This document shows positions 1 to 8,597 of a stretch of DNA of 64,000 nucleotides, piece by piece. The notes beneath the pieces are model-generated. The model saw only the letters and a list, made by a program, of their open reading frames with translations, searched no databases and was not told the DNA's origin. The DNA is from Promethearchaeota archaeon (lineage in GTDB: Archaea > Asgardarchaeota > Lokiarchaeia > Sigyniarchaeales > SOKP01). A program made the position numbers and the translations under genes. The DNA is taken from contig JAEOSU010000048.1 in NCBI GenBank assembly GCA_016840165.1, forward strand, positions 8,364 through 72,363. The letters run 5' to 3'. Each line of letters begins with the position of its first letter. The stretch's first letter is position 1.

Positions 1-2281
1 ATCGCTGTTTCACAGGAGCAAATACAGTGAAAAAGTCTTTTTGTATTTTTGAAAGACCTTGAAATTTGATAATAATCTTATTTCCAGTAAACGTAGTGGC
101 GTATAGGGATCCAAAGTTATTCCCAAAACCTGAAAATAAAATAATGTCCCCGTTATTTAACTTGGAATCTAATTTAGAGGAATCTTTCACCCGTAAATAC
201 ATTCCTTTTTTGAGATCTGCCAAGGTTCTCACATTATGAATGTTAGAAAATGATTGAGTCCCAGTATAATGTTCATAAATATAATCGTATAGATTAGCCA
301 TAGGTTTCTTTTCAATTTTAAGTATTTCTCCCTTAATTCCTCTACGTGCAATAAGTAATGCTGCTATTGCGTGATCAACAAACCCCTTAGCGGTAACTTG
401 ATTTACTAATTCTCCTTTTTGAAGATGAAAAAGGGCTTCTTTTGTTGTCTTAAATTCATCAACCATGTAAATATCCGGCGTGGGTAATATATTGAGTTGA
501 TCAATTGTATCATCTTTATCTAATGAATCTCCGGTAATATTAAAATAATCGATTAAAAAATTGGCAATAAAAGAAGAACCAGGACCATTACCGATAAAAA
601 CTTTTTTAATTAAGTCTTTATCATTACCCAAAAAAAGATCTAATTCATATCTAATTTGCTCTTCAGAAACAGAACGAGATCTCTTGTCGTCGATACTTCT
701 TTTAAGATTCACATACCATAATGATGGTAAAGCACCTTGTTCGATTAGGCAAAAACCAAAGTGTCTAGTACCAGGGTCTATGGAAAGGATTTTATCTTCA
801 AAATCAAATCTGATTAAGCTAAAATCCGCTTGCCCATTCGTAAGTTTCATAATGGAATTAAAAAATGATTCAAAAGCATAATTTTTTACTTGCAAGAAGA
901 AAGTGTTTGACTTTGACTGATATAAAATATCGATATTGTATTTTTCAATTAGGCTAAAAAGAGCATTATGATTAGAAACTTTTACTATAACATCTTGATA
1001 AGGAATAATTTTGATTATTTTTACTTTTTCTATCGCTCGAGTGATTGCTTGGGCGATATCTCCTTCATTTTTCCCAGAATAAATGTCAATATGCAAACCA
1101 TCTAAATGAAAGGCATCATAAGCTACTGAGGCACCGAGAATGTCATATAATCTTGTAGCTTGGATTCCATCTCGATTTACGGTTAATTTATTTTTTATGC
1201 GCGGAACGATACGTACAGTAGCAGAATTAAAAGTAGCTTTCGTAGATTGATTGATGGTAATTATTCCTTTTAATTTTGATCCAACAATCTCAAAATCGAT
1301 TAAATCTTCTAATCTTTCTTTAAGAAGAGTAAATTGTAGGTCTCCTGTAGCCAGAATGGTAATTTCACTTTTTTTGTAATAATAATCAATATTAGGAATA
1401 ATTTTTTTTATAGATTCAAGCACGTCAATAGCCACCTTAAATTTAATAGGATCCGAAATGGAAATATAAAATTCCTTTCGAGGGACTATTTCCGCTAATG
1501 AATTTATAAGTTTTGGAGAAATTACCTTACCTTTATAGTATTTTGTTCCCAAGTCTATAGAAGACCCTATATTTAGTTGGATCTGAACGATATCTCCTTC
1601 TTGAGCTAGTTTTAATGACTCTCCTTTTAATGTAAATATATTTCTAATCTTAATCTTCTCATTGATCCAAGTATTATTCTTGATATGCCCTGAAAGGATT
1701 CCTACATATATTAGTTCTCCAAATCCTTTTTTATTGTGAAATCCAAGATTAATAAATGATAGATCATCTCCATTCTCTTCTTGTTTTCTAATTTGAATTG
1801 CTATCTTTTCAATCAACTTATCAATTCCAATCAGATTTTTTGAGGAGGTTTTTACAATTGAAGAAATGTGCAATTTTTCAAATTTTTTAATCTCTTTTTC
1901 AATTTTCTCGGAATTAGCATTTGGTAAATCCATTTTGGTTATTGTTAATAATACGGGCAAGTTTTTTTCTATAGCTTTTTCTATAAGCCAGTAAGTTCTC
2001 GCCTGAAATCCTTCAGAACCAGATACCACAAGAACTAATAGATCAGCAATTTCTAATCCTAAAGCAATTCCCCCTTTAAAATCAGCATGACCTGGGGAAT
2101 CTAAGAAATTCACCACGAGATCTTTCTTTGGAATCGGAAATTGAATTATCTTCAAGGATACTGTTGTACCATGATTTAATTCAAAATCTAAAATATCAGG
2201 AAATTTACCACATACTGCATGAATAAGGCTGGATTTACCATGTTGGGCGTGTCCTGCTATTAAAACGTTTAGTGTCCTCAT
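1..2281 (-). CDS. EF-G/EF-2-like translational GTPase fused to a C-terminal YqgF/Tex-like RNase H-fold nuclease domain (3' end at or beyond window edge)
   Basis: Manually translated from ATG at 2281; open for 760 codons to the window edge and not in the ORF track. G motifs: GHAQHGKSS, HGTT, DSPGH, TKMD, TSSK. EF-G-like domain III TGDLQFTLLKERL and domain V SIMKLTNGQADFSL. Then KILSIDPGTRHFG, FIGNGPGS, VDEFKTTKEA, VDHAIAALLIARR. Confidence 0.85.
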   Translation of the reverse strand, partial: MRTLNVLIAGHAQHGKSSLIHAVCGKFPDILDFELNHGTTVSLKIIQFPIPKKDLVVNFLDSPGHADFKGGIALGLEIADLLVLVVSGSEGFQARTYWLIEKAIEKNLPVLLTITKMDLPNANSEKIEKEIKKFEKLHISSIVKTSSKNLIGIDKLIEKIAIQIRKQEENGDDLSFINLGFHNKKGFGELIYVGILSGHIKNNTWINEKIKIRNIFTLKGESLKLAQEGDIVQIQLNIGSSIDLGTKYYKGKVISPKLINSLAEIVPRKEFYISISDPIKFKVAIDVLESIKKIIPNIDYYYKKSEITILATGDLQFTLLKERLEDLIDFEIVGSKLKGIITINQSTKATFNSATVRIVPRIKNKLTVNRDGIQATRLYDILGASVAYDAFHLDGLHIDIYSGKNEGDIAQAITRAIEKVKIIKIIPYQDVIVKVSNHNALFSLIEKYNIDILYQSKSNTFFLQVKNYAFESFFNSIMKLTNGQADFSLIRFDFEDKILSIDPGTRHFGFCLIEQGALPSLWYVNLKRSIDDKRSRSVSEEQIRYELDLFLGNDKDLIKKVFIGNGPGSSFIANFLIDYFNITGDSLDKDDTIDQLNILPTPDIYMVDEFKTTKEALFHLQKGELVNQVTAKGFVDHAIAALLIARRGIKGEILKIEKKPMANLYDYIYEHYTGTQSFSNIHNVRTLADLKKGMYLRVKDSSKLDSKLNNGDIILFSGFGNNFGSLYATTFTGNKIIIKFQGLSKIQKDFFTVFAPVKQR

Positions 2282-2291
2282 CTAAATCTCT

Positions 2292-2744
2292 TTATTCCCT
2301 TCTCTTTCCTTCTAGGCTTTCAAAGTAATCTAATACTGATTCTTTTATTTCAATCGCAGGAAAAATAAGTCTAGATTTATTTACATAATTTATTGCATCA
2401 GTCCAAGTCCAATCGGGATAATTCCTCATTAGCCAAGCTACAATAATACCACCACTCCTACTGATGCCCATTGCACAATGAATCAAAACACTCCCTTTAT
2501 GGATATTATCATCAATAAAATCTAAGATTTCTTGAATATAGTGGTGAGGAGGATACCAATCATCCGGAAAACCCCGATATAAATAATTAAATCCATCAGA
2601 AGTCGGATCATAAAGATCATCTTCCATCAAATTCACTATCGTTTTTATTTTCAATTCTTTGAATTTTTTAAAGTTTAAACGGGGCCAGTAAGCTCCAATA
2701 TAAAGATTCTCATGAACTTGATAAATTTGATCTAATTCTACCAA
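2292..2744 (-). CDS. Dual-specificity protein phosphatase (CX5R family)
   Basis: HCAMGISRSG active site, NLYIG N-terminal motif, FPDD general-acid loop. Confidence 0.9.
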   Translation of the reverse strand: MVELDQIYQVHENLYIGAYWPRLNFKKFKELKIKTIVNLMEDDLYDPTSDGFNYLYRGFPDDWYPPHHYIQEILDFIDDNIHKGSVLIHCAMGISRSGGIIVAWLMRNYPDWTWTDAINYVNKSRLIFPAIEIKESVLDYFESLEGKRRE

Positions 2745-2837
2745 TCCATATGCACTCTGATAATAGTATCAATGTTAATGAGAAGAAAAATATTGTATTT
2801 CATAAAAATTTTCACCATCACCTTTAGAATCTGATAT

Positions 2838-3416
2838 CTAACCATTTTTATTGACTAATAAATGTAGCTTCTCTTTAAGAAATTGAACAATCTTTCTTTT
2901 GATTGGATTGTTAGAGCTTATAAGCGAAGTTATCACACCTATAAGTAAAACTATAAGAAATTGGTTGAATGTGTCGCAAACTCCAAATATACACTGATAA
3001 TATGGAAACTCTAAAAATGTCATTATACAAAAAATCCATAATGCATAGATGCAACTAGCTCCGAGCATAATTATAAGAGACACGTTTAATCTAAAGATGA
3101 TTATAAAGCAGGGAATAACCGTAACAAGGTGAAATAAGGCAAATATAATATTTAATTGAGAGAAATCATATATCATTACAAATAAATAATTAAAAGTTAA
3201 AGGTATAGATAAACTGTTTAATATCTTCTTATTATTAAGAAGTGTGTAATTGGAAATTAATAAAGCATAGACTGAAATTAATAAAATTACCGGTAAATTT
3301 ACAATTATCCCCCCAATTAAAAAAATAATTAGCATAATACTGCTTATGATGAAAAAAATAGTCTTTTTTCTGTTATTTTTATTCTCATTTAAGTTGTTTA
3401 GAAAGCGTTTTGTCAA
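2838..3416 (-). CDS. Hypothetical multi-pass membrane protein
   Basis: 192 aa with about 6 hydrophobic segments; 7 nt from the upstream gene. Confidence 0.6.
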   Translation of the reverse strand: MTKRFLNNLNENKNNRKKTIFFIISSIMLIIFLIGGIIVNLPVILLISVYALLISNYTLLNNKKILNSLSIPLTFNYLFVMIYDFSQLNIIFALFHLVTVIPCFIIIFRLNVSLIIMLGASCIYALWIFCIMTFLEFPYYQCIFGVCDTFNQFLIVLLIGVITSLISSNNPIKRKIVQFLKEKLHLLVNKNG

Positions 3417-3423
3417 CGTGGAG

Positions 3424-4077
3424 TCATCCTCCTATTGGTTTATCTTTATTTTTATATCTTATAAAAAATCTACCAGTATTTAACTTATAATTGACATACT
3501 CGTCCTCAAAATATTCGATTAATATTTTTTCCTCATCTATGGCCTGAAAATATAATCCTAGGGCTCCAATTATATAGAGAAAAAGAAGTAACCAATCTAA
3601 CAAGATCATGATAAAGCCTACGCAAATTAAATTAAATGAGAGATAAATTGGGTGTCGTATTTTACTATATATACCTGAAGTCACTAATTTTTTCGGTTTT
3701 TTAATTCCATCAATAGGATAAAACCAATAAATACCTAATTCATGATAAGCAAGATAAAGACTAACATTTCCTCCTAAAACTAAAGTTAATCCAATAATCT
3801 GTACAATTTCATCAACTAAGCCTAAATCTATACGTGGAATAATTATGGATAAAATATCAAAGAAAAAAATATTTAAACATACAAGGGTTATAAAGATATT
3901 CAAAACCCATACGCCAATACGAGCAAATAATCGTGTTTCTTTAAGTTTCTTCTGAATTTCCTCGTTACTCGAATTATTTTTATTCCGTTTTTTGGTTAAG
4001 ATGATATATGTGATATTATAACCAAAAACTAAAAAGCCGATAATAAGAAAGATTTGAATGATTAGTTTTGGAAACAT
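3424..4077 (-). CDS. Isoprenylcysteine carboxyl methyltransferase (ICMT/PEMT) family membrane methyltransferase
   Basis: LVTSGIYSKIRHPIY and EE..L..YF...Y..Y...TGRF motifs; multiple TM segments. Confidence 0.85.
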   Translation of the reverse strand: MFPKLIIQIFLIIGFLVFGYNITYIILTKKRNKNNSSNEEIQKKLKETRLFARIGVWVLNIFITLVCLNIFFFDILSIIIPRIDLGLVDEIVQIIGLTLVLGGNVSLYLAYHELGIYWFYPIDGIKKPKKLVTSGIYSKIRHPIYLSFNLICVGFIMILLDWLLLFLYIIGALGLYFQAIDEEKILIEYFEDEYVNYKLNTGRFFIRYKNKDKPIGG

Positions 4078-4201
4078 ACGAGCTTAATTCCCCTTAGAAC
4101 GGTAAAATCCAAATCAGCGGCGATAGAGTAAGGAATAATTATTTGAATTTAAAAATATCGTATATTAGCAAGAAATATAATATAGTAAATTGACAGCGTA
4201 G

Positions 4202-4591
4202 CTAAGCTTTGCTTTTTTCAAGATTGCGGCTAGCAATAATATTTATCCCCATTTCTAAAATATTTTCAATTAGAATATCTCCCATCTTGATAGGCGCTTT
4301 TATTTGACTTTGAGCAATAATCTCTAATGCCTCATTCAGTTTGTCCTTTAGTAAGGGTTTATCTGTTCGTACAGGTATTAAGGGAAGTGTTCCATTTTCT
4401 ACTTTCATGGTAGTTGTGAGAATTCTTTTTGGTTCCCGAAACTCTTGTTCAGCATATTCTAAGCCTCTATTGCAGGTATATCCCTCAAAACTTACTTCCT
4501 TATCATCTTTTCCTATTACCTTTATTGAGCATCCTGTGGGGCATACAATACATCGTATAACTTTTATCACATTTTTACTGCTTTCAGCCAT
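4202..4591 (-). CDS. DUF1667 family CxxC metal-binding protein (small subunit of GlpA-like operon)
   Basis: CIVCPTGC...GYTCNRG...P.RILTTT pattern; third gene of the oxidoreductase operon. Confidence 0.85.
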   Translation of the reverse strand: MAESSKNVIKVIRCIVCPTGCSIKVIGKDDKEVSFEGYTCNRGLEYAEQEFREPKRILTTTMKVENGTLPLIPVRTDKPLLKDKLNEALEIIAQSQIKAPIKMGDILIENILEMGINIIASRNLEKSKA

Positions 4592-4593
4592 AA

Positions 4594-5901
4594 TTAAATC
4601 ACCTCATCTTCTTCGATTAATACCTCTAGGCGAGGAATCACTTCAATAAAAATATTATCCGTTTCAATTTTAGTCTCTAGTTTATCAAAGTTTATTTTTA
4701 ATTCAATCATTTCACTTGGAATGACATACACTTTCTTTCTTTTGTAGATAACGTGGTTGTCTTTATCTTTAATTTGAATTTGTACCCTTCTGTCTGGAAA
4801 TTTAACTCGGAAAGTAAAGATAATCTCCTTAGATAAATTTTCCTTATTGATAAAATCAGGTTTTACATAATTAACATTATCACCTGCAATACAATTTATT
4901 TTTCCTTTAGAGGAAATATCCTTACCATAACGAGTATTAATGTACTCAATAGCATTCATTCCAGCTCTTTTAGCTTCGGCACTGACTAAATCTACCAAAT
5001 CATGGACTTGTAAGACGTTTCCACAGGCAAAAATCCCTTCGATATTTGTCTCTAAATTATTGTCAACTATTGGTCCTCCATTATTAGATAGTTCTGCTCC
5101 CGCGTTTAATGTCAATTCATTTTCAGGAATTAAACCTACCGATAAAAGTAAGGTATCACATTCTATGAATTTTTCGGAACCTATGATTCTATCAAAATTT
5201 CTGTCCACTTTGCTTATAGTAACTCCCTGAACTCTGTCTTTTCCGTGAATTTTGGTGACCGTATAGCTTGTAATGAGGGGAATATCATAATCTTCAAGAC
5301 ATTGTACTTGATTTCTTAATAGACCGCTTACATAAGGTAAAATTTCAACAACTGCTTTTACTTCACATCCTTCCCATGTTAAACGCCTTGCCATTATCAT
5401 GCCAATATCTCCACTTCCAAGAATTACATAACTAGTTCCAGGAAGATAGCCTTCAATATTTACGAATCTCTGAGCCTGACCAGCTGTATAGATTCCTGCA
5501 GGTCGAAATCCAGGAATATTAATAGCGCCCCTTGTTCTTTCCCTACATCCCATCGCTAATATTATAGCTTTTGCTTGAATTTCAATTAAACCCTCTTTTT
5601 TGTTCACCGCATAGACTTTTTTCTCTTTTGTAATCTCAATAACCATAGTATCCAATAAATATGGAATTTTCAACTCATTCACCTGATTTATGAAGCGTTG
5701 TATATATTCTGGTCCAGTTAATTCTTCTTGAAATTCTTTAAGTCCAAATCCATTATGAATACATTGAAGCGTGATGCCTCCTAATTCTTTATCTCTTTCC
5801 AAGATAAGTACACTTATATCTGCCTTTTTTACTTCTATTGCTGACGCTAATCCAGCAGCTCCCGAACCAATTATGAGTACATCAGCTTTATATGATTTCA
5901 T
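4594..5901 (-). CDS. NAD(P)/FAD-dependent pyridine nucleotide-disulfide oxidoreductase
   Basis: GSGAAG, QCIHNGFG, AMGCRER, GSGDIG, GIFACGNVLQVHDLVD motifs; ATGA overlap with upstream gene. Confidence 0.9.
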   Translation of the reverse strand: MKSYKADVLIIGSGAAGLASAIEVKKADISVLILERDKELGGITLQCIHNGFGLKEFQEELTGPEYIQRFINQVNELKIPYLLDTMVIEITKEKKVYAVNKKEGLIEIQAKAIILAMGCRERTRGAINIPGFRPAGIYTAGQAQRFVNIEGYLPGTSYVILGSGDIGMIMARRLTWEGCEVKAVVEILPYVSGLLRNQVQCLEDYDIPLITSYTVTKIHGKDRVQGVTISKVDRNFDRIIGSEKFIECDTLLLSVGLIPENELTLNAGAELSNNGGPIVDNNLETNIEGIFACGNVLQVHDLVDLVSAEAKRAGMNAIEYINTRYGKDISSKGKINCIAGDNVNYVKPDFINKENLSKEIIFTFRVKFPDRRVQIQIKDKDNHVIYKRKKVYVIPSEMIELKINFDKLETKIETDNIFIEVIPRLEVLIEEDEVI

Positions 5902-7388
5902 TCAGTCTCACCTTTATTTTTATTTTCAATAAGCCGATCTTTTGTTTTTCCTACGAGAAAATTAGTATATTCGCCTCTTTTAGTAATCTCTTCAGGAGGA
6001 ATATATAATTCTCGCGATAATATTTCAATTACTCGCGGTCGACAGAAACCTCCTTGACACCTTCCCATTCCTGGCCTACATCGGAATTTTATTCCATCCA
6101 CAGTCGTCGCACCTACAGGGGCATGGATCGCATTTAAAATTTCCCTCTCGGGTATTGTTTCACATCTACAGATGATTCTTCCCCACGTAGGATCTTCTTT
6201 AATTTTTTTATCCAATTCTTTCTTTGAGAAATCTTTAAATCTTTCTGGTTTCGGTCGAATTGGATTATAATCCTCTTTAATTTTGAGCTCAACTCCTAAG
6301 AGTTTCAAAAATTCTTCAACTTTTTCAGCTATCGCAAAACAAGAAGTCAAACCAGGCGAAAGAATCCCTGCTACATTTATAAAACCATAGACATCGGTAT
6401 TATCGATAATATAGTCTCCAATTTTATCGGTGATACTATTATAAGGCACCGCTCTTAATCCAGCAAAGTTTTTGATTGATGCTTTTGTAGGTAGATTCGG
6501 TACTAACATACGTCCCCCTTCCAAAATTTCTTTTAACCCTGCCTCTGTAGTTGATATATCTTTTTTATCAGTAATATTTTGAGCATTTGGACCAACAAAA
6601 GTATTTCCATGGAGGGTTGGGCACACTAATATTCCTTTTGATACTTTTGTTGGAATAGGAAAAAGAATTTTATTCAAATGCATTGCATTTCGATCAAATA
6701 AAATATATTCTCCTTTTCTAGGCATGATATCAAAATAGTCTAATCCTACCATTCTTGAAATTCTAGCGGCATATAAACCAGCGGCGTTTATGATATTACG
6801 AGATTTAAATTCACTAGAACTTGTTTTAACTCTAAAAACATAGTTCTGCCTATTGATCCTCTTTACTTTTTCGTTCCGAAAAAAAGACACACCATTCATC
6901 GCTGCATTTTCAGCTAAGGCAAAAGTTAATTCGTACGGACTCACAAGTCCTGCAGTAGGTGCATGAAGAACCCCCACAACATCATCAGTAAGATTCGGCT
7001 CCATATACTTGATTTTTTCCTTATCTAAAATAAGTTCTAATCCTGGAACCCCATCTTCTATACCAAGTTTACGTTCTTCTTCAAGATGTTTTATCTGCTT
7101 GTCTTCTAAAGCAACAACAAAAGACCCATTTCGAACAAAAGGGAAATTAAGTTCTTCATATGCTTGTGTATACAATTTATTGCCCTGAATGCATAGATTT
7201 CGTCTTATATATTCCCTTGATGCGGCATATCCCGCATGAACTACTCCAGAATTAGCTTTTGTTGTTCCTGAAGCAATATCTGCGTCTTTTTCTAATAGAG
7301 CAATATTTATATCATATTTTGATAATGTTCTTGCGATGCAACAACCAGTTACTCCACCACCAATTATTAGGACGTCAAAAATCATCAT
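5898..7388 (-). CDS. FAD-dependent oxidoreductase, GlpA/LhgO-like, with C-terminal BFD-like [2Fe-2S] domain
   Basis: GGGVTG, TKANSGVVHAG, ICRCE...RPGMGRCQGGFC. Confidence 0.85.
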   Translation of the reverse strand: MMIFDVLIIGGGVTGCCIARTLSKYDINIALLEKDADIASGTTKANSGVVHAGYAASREYIRRNLCIQGNKLYTQAYEELNFPFVRNGSFVVALEDKQIKHLEEERKLGIEDGVPGLELILDKEKIKYMEPNLTDDVVGVLHAPTAGLVSPYELTFALAENAAMNGVSFFRNEKVKRINRQNYVFRVKTSSSEFKSRNIINAAGLYAARISRMVGLDYFDIMPRKGEYILFDRNAMHLNKILFPIPTKVSKGILVCPTLHGNTFVGPNAQNITDKKDISTTEAGLKEILEGGRMLVPNLPTKASIKNFAGLRAVPYNSITDKIGDYIIDNTDVYGFINVAGILSPGLTSCFAIAEKVEEFLKLLGVELKIKEDYNPIRPKPERFKDFSKKELDKKIKEDPTWGRIICRCETIPEREILNAIHAPVGATTVDGIKFRCRPGMGRCQGGFCRPRVIEILSRELYIPPEEITKRGEYTNFLVGKTKDRLIENKNKGETE

Positions 7389-7519
7389 TATATCCCCATA
7401 AAAAATAATGAATTTAATTTATTCCGTTATGCATTAATTAGTAAGATTTCTTTAAAATTTAATTAAGTATAGCTTATAATTTAAAGATGATTTATGGCGA
7501 GCTATATGAATGAGAGAGA

Positions 7520-7876
7520 TTAAGAAAAAGTATATATGAGCCATAAAAAGTTAAATAATACTGCCAGTATGATTAATGCAATTGTTAAAGGGTTAAAAAC
7601 AATGTTTCGAAGAGATTTTGTATATTTTAGTTCCAGATTTCCTTTTAAAAGATTGCTAATAGTAGTATTTTTGTTATAGAGTGCCTTCTTCATATGGTAA
7701 GAGCCTAAAAAGCGGGGAGTGGATAGATTGCGAAAAAATTTATTTGGATCTTGGATAGAAAAAGAGTTTAATTTATTATTATTAATAATATCTTCATAAT
7801 CCTCTAAAATATTCGCATTATCTAATACCTTATCAGCTTCAATCTTAGAATCTTTCCTATTATCAACTTTTTTCAT
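7520..7876 (-). CDS. Hypothetical protein with single C-terminal TM anchor
   Basis: Polar N-terminus; C-terminal hydrophobic helix IVFNPLTIALIILAVLFNFLWLI. Confidence 0.55.
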   Translation of the reverse strand: MKKVDNRKDSKIEADKVLDNANILEDYEDIINNNKLNSFSIQDPNKFFRNLSTPRFLGSYHMKKALYNKNTTISNLLKGNLELKYTKSLRNIVFNPLTIALIILAVLFNFLWLIYTFS

Positions 7877-7998
7877 TTTAAAATGTACTCAACGCTGTAA
7901 TTTAATCACTTTTCAAGTATTATATATCTACGCTATTTTAAATTTTTTATGATTATATACAATAAGAAAATTGCTTTTTTTAGGTTTATACCGAACTA

Positions 7999-8412
7999 TT
8001 ACCACAGTGCTTCTTTTAATTTTTGTGTTGGATCTAAGGATTGCTCGACATGGATTCCAAAATCAGAAAAGATACTGATATCGTTGTCCCAGTTTGTTAA
8101 TTTTTCTTGAGTATAAACTTCAAAAAATTTATCAGATATAATCTTTAATTCACCAATAACTTTTTTCTCTTTAACTTTATTGGGAGCACTTCCTACAAAG
8201 AGAAAATCTCTACGCTTTACTATGACAAATCGAATATTAGACATCTCAAAATTAGAAATTCCTCCATCAGATAATTTTTCAGCAAAAGTATTCAAAGCAC
8301 TCATGAGAGCCCCGAAAAGCTGGGGATTTATTCTCTCTTCATCACTTACTTTCGAAAATAATGTGACCCCTGTGCTTGTTAGTATCCATAAATCTCTGAT
8401 TATTTTAGCCAT
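7999..8412 (-). CDS. Longin-like domain protein (Asgard type)
   Basis: LWILTSTGVTLFSK beta-hairpin followed by PQLFGALMSALNTFAEKL helix and three beta strands. Confidence 0.7.
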   Translation of the reverse strand: MAKIIRDLWILTSTGVTLFSKVSDEERINPQLFGALMSALNTFAEKLSDGGISNFEMSNIRFVIVKRRDFLFVGSAPNKVKEKKVIGELKIISDKFFEVYTQEKLTNWDNDISIFSDFGIHVEQSLDPTQKLKEALW

Positions 8413-8597
8413 GATGTTCTCCTGTGTGAAAGTATATCTTGGTAGAAAAAAAAGGCTTAAGATATAATAGCTGAAAATTAATTATTCTTTTTTAATAGTA
8501 TAAATTTCTATTTCTAAAAATATAAAATTATTACCTATTTAAATTTGCTTTTCTTTACAAAAACATCTAAATTCACTTATTAAAGGTTTTACAATTA

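Noticed and set aside
340-795. RNase H-fold domain as a transposase or TnpB/Cas remnant
   Set aside because: Motifs match the YqgF/Tex pattern, it is fused in frame to a translation factor, and I saw no terminal repeats, zinc finger or CRISPR array.
561-881. 106-aa plus-strand ORF
   Set aside because: Antisense shadow of the nuclease domain of the GTPase fusion.
1-2281. Calling the edge GTPase SelB, EF-1alpha or canonical aEF-2
   Set aside because: TKMD and the short G domain recall SelB, but the post-domain-II motifs follow EF-G domains III-V rather than an EF-Tu-type barrel. It is too compact for aEF-2, lacks the diphthamide-loop region and carries an extra nuclease-like domain.
3424-4077. 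ICMT-like enzyme as a CAAX-processing partner of the Rab-like GTPase
   Set aside because: The GTPase has no C-terminal cysteine, and ICMT/PEMT-family proteins are widespread in prokaryotes.
7520-8412. Longin gene plus tail-anchored protein as a split longin-SNARE
   Set aside because: The 118-aa protein shows no convincing heptad SNARE motif, and the genes are 122 nt apart.
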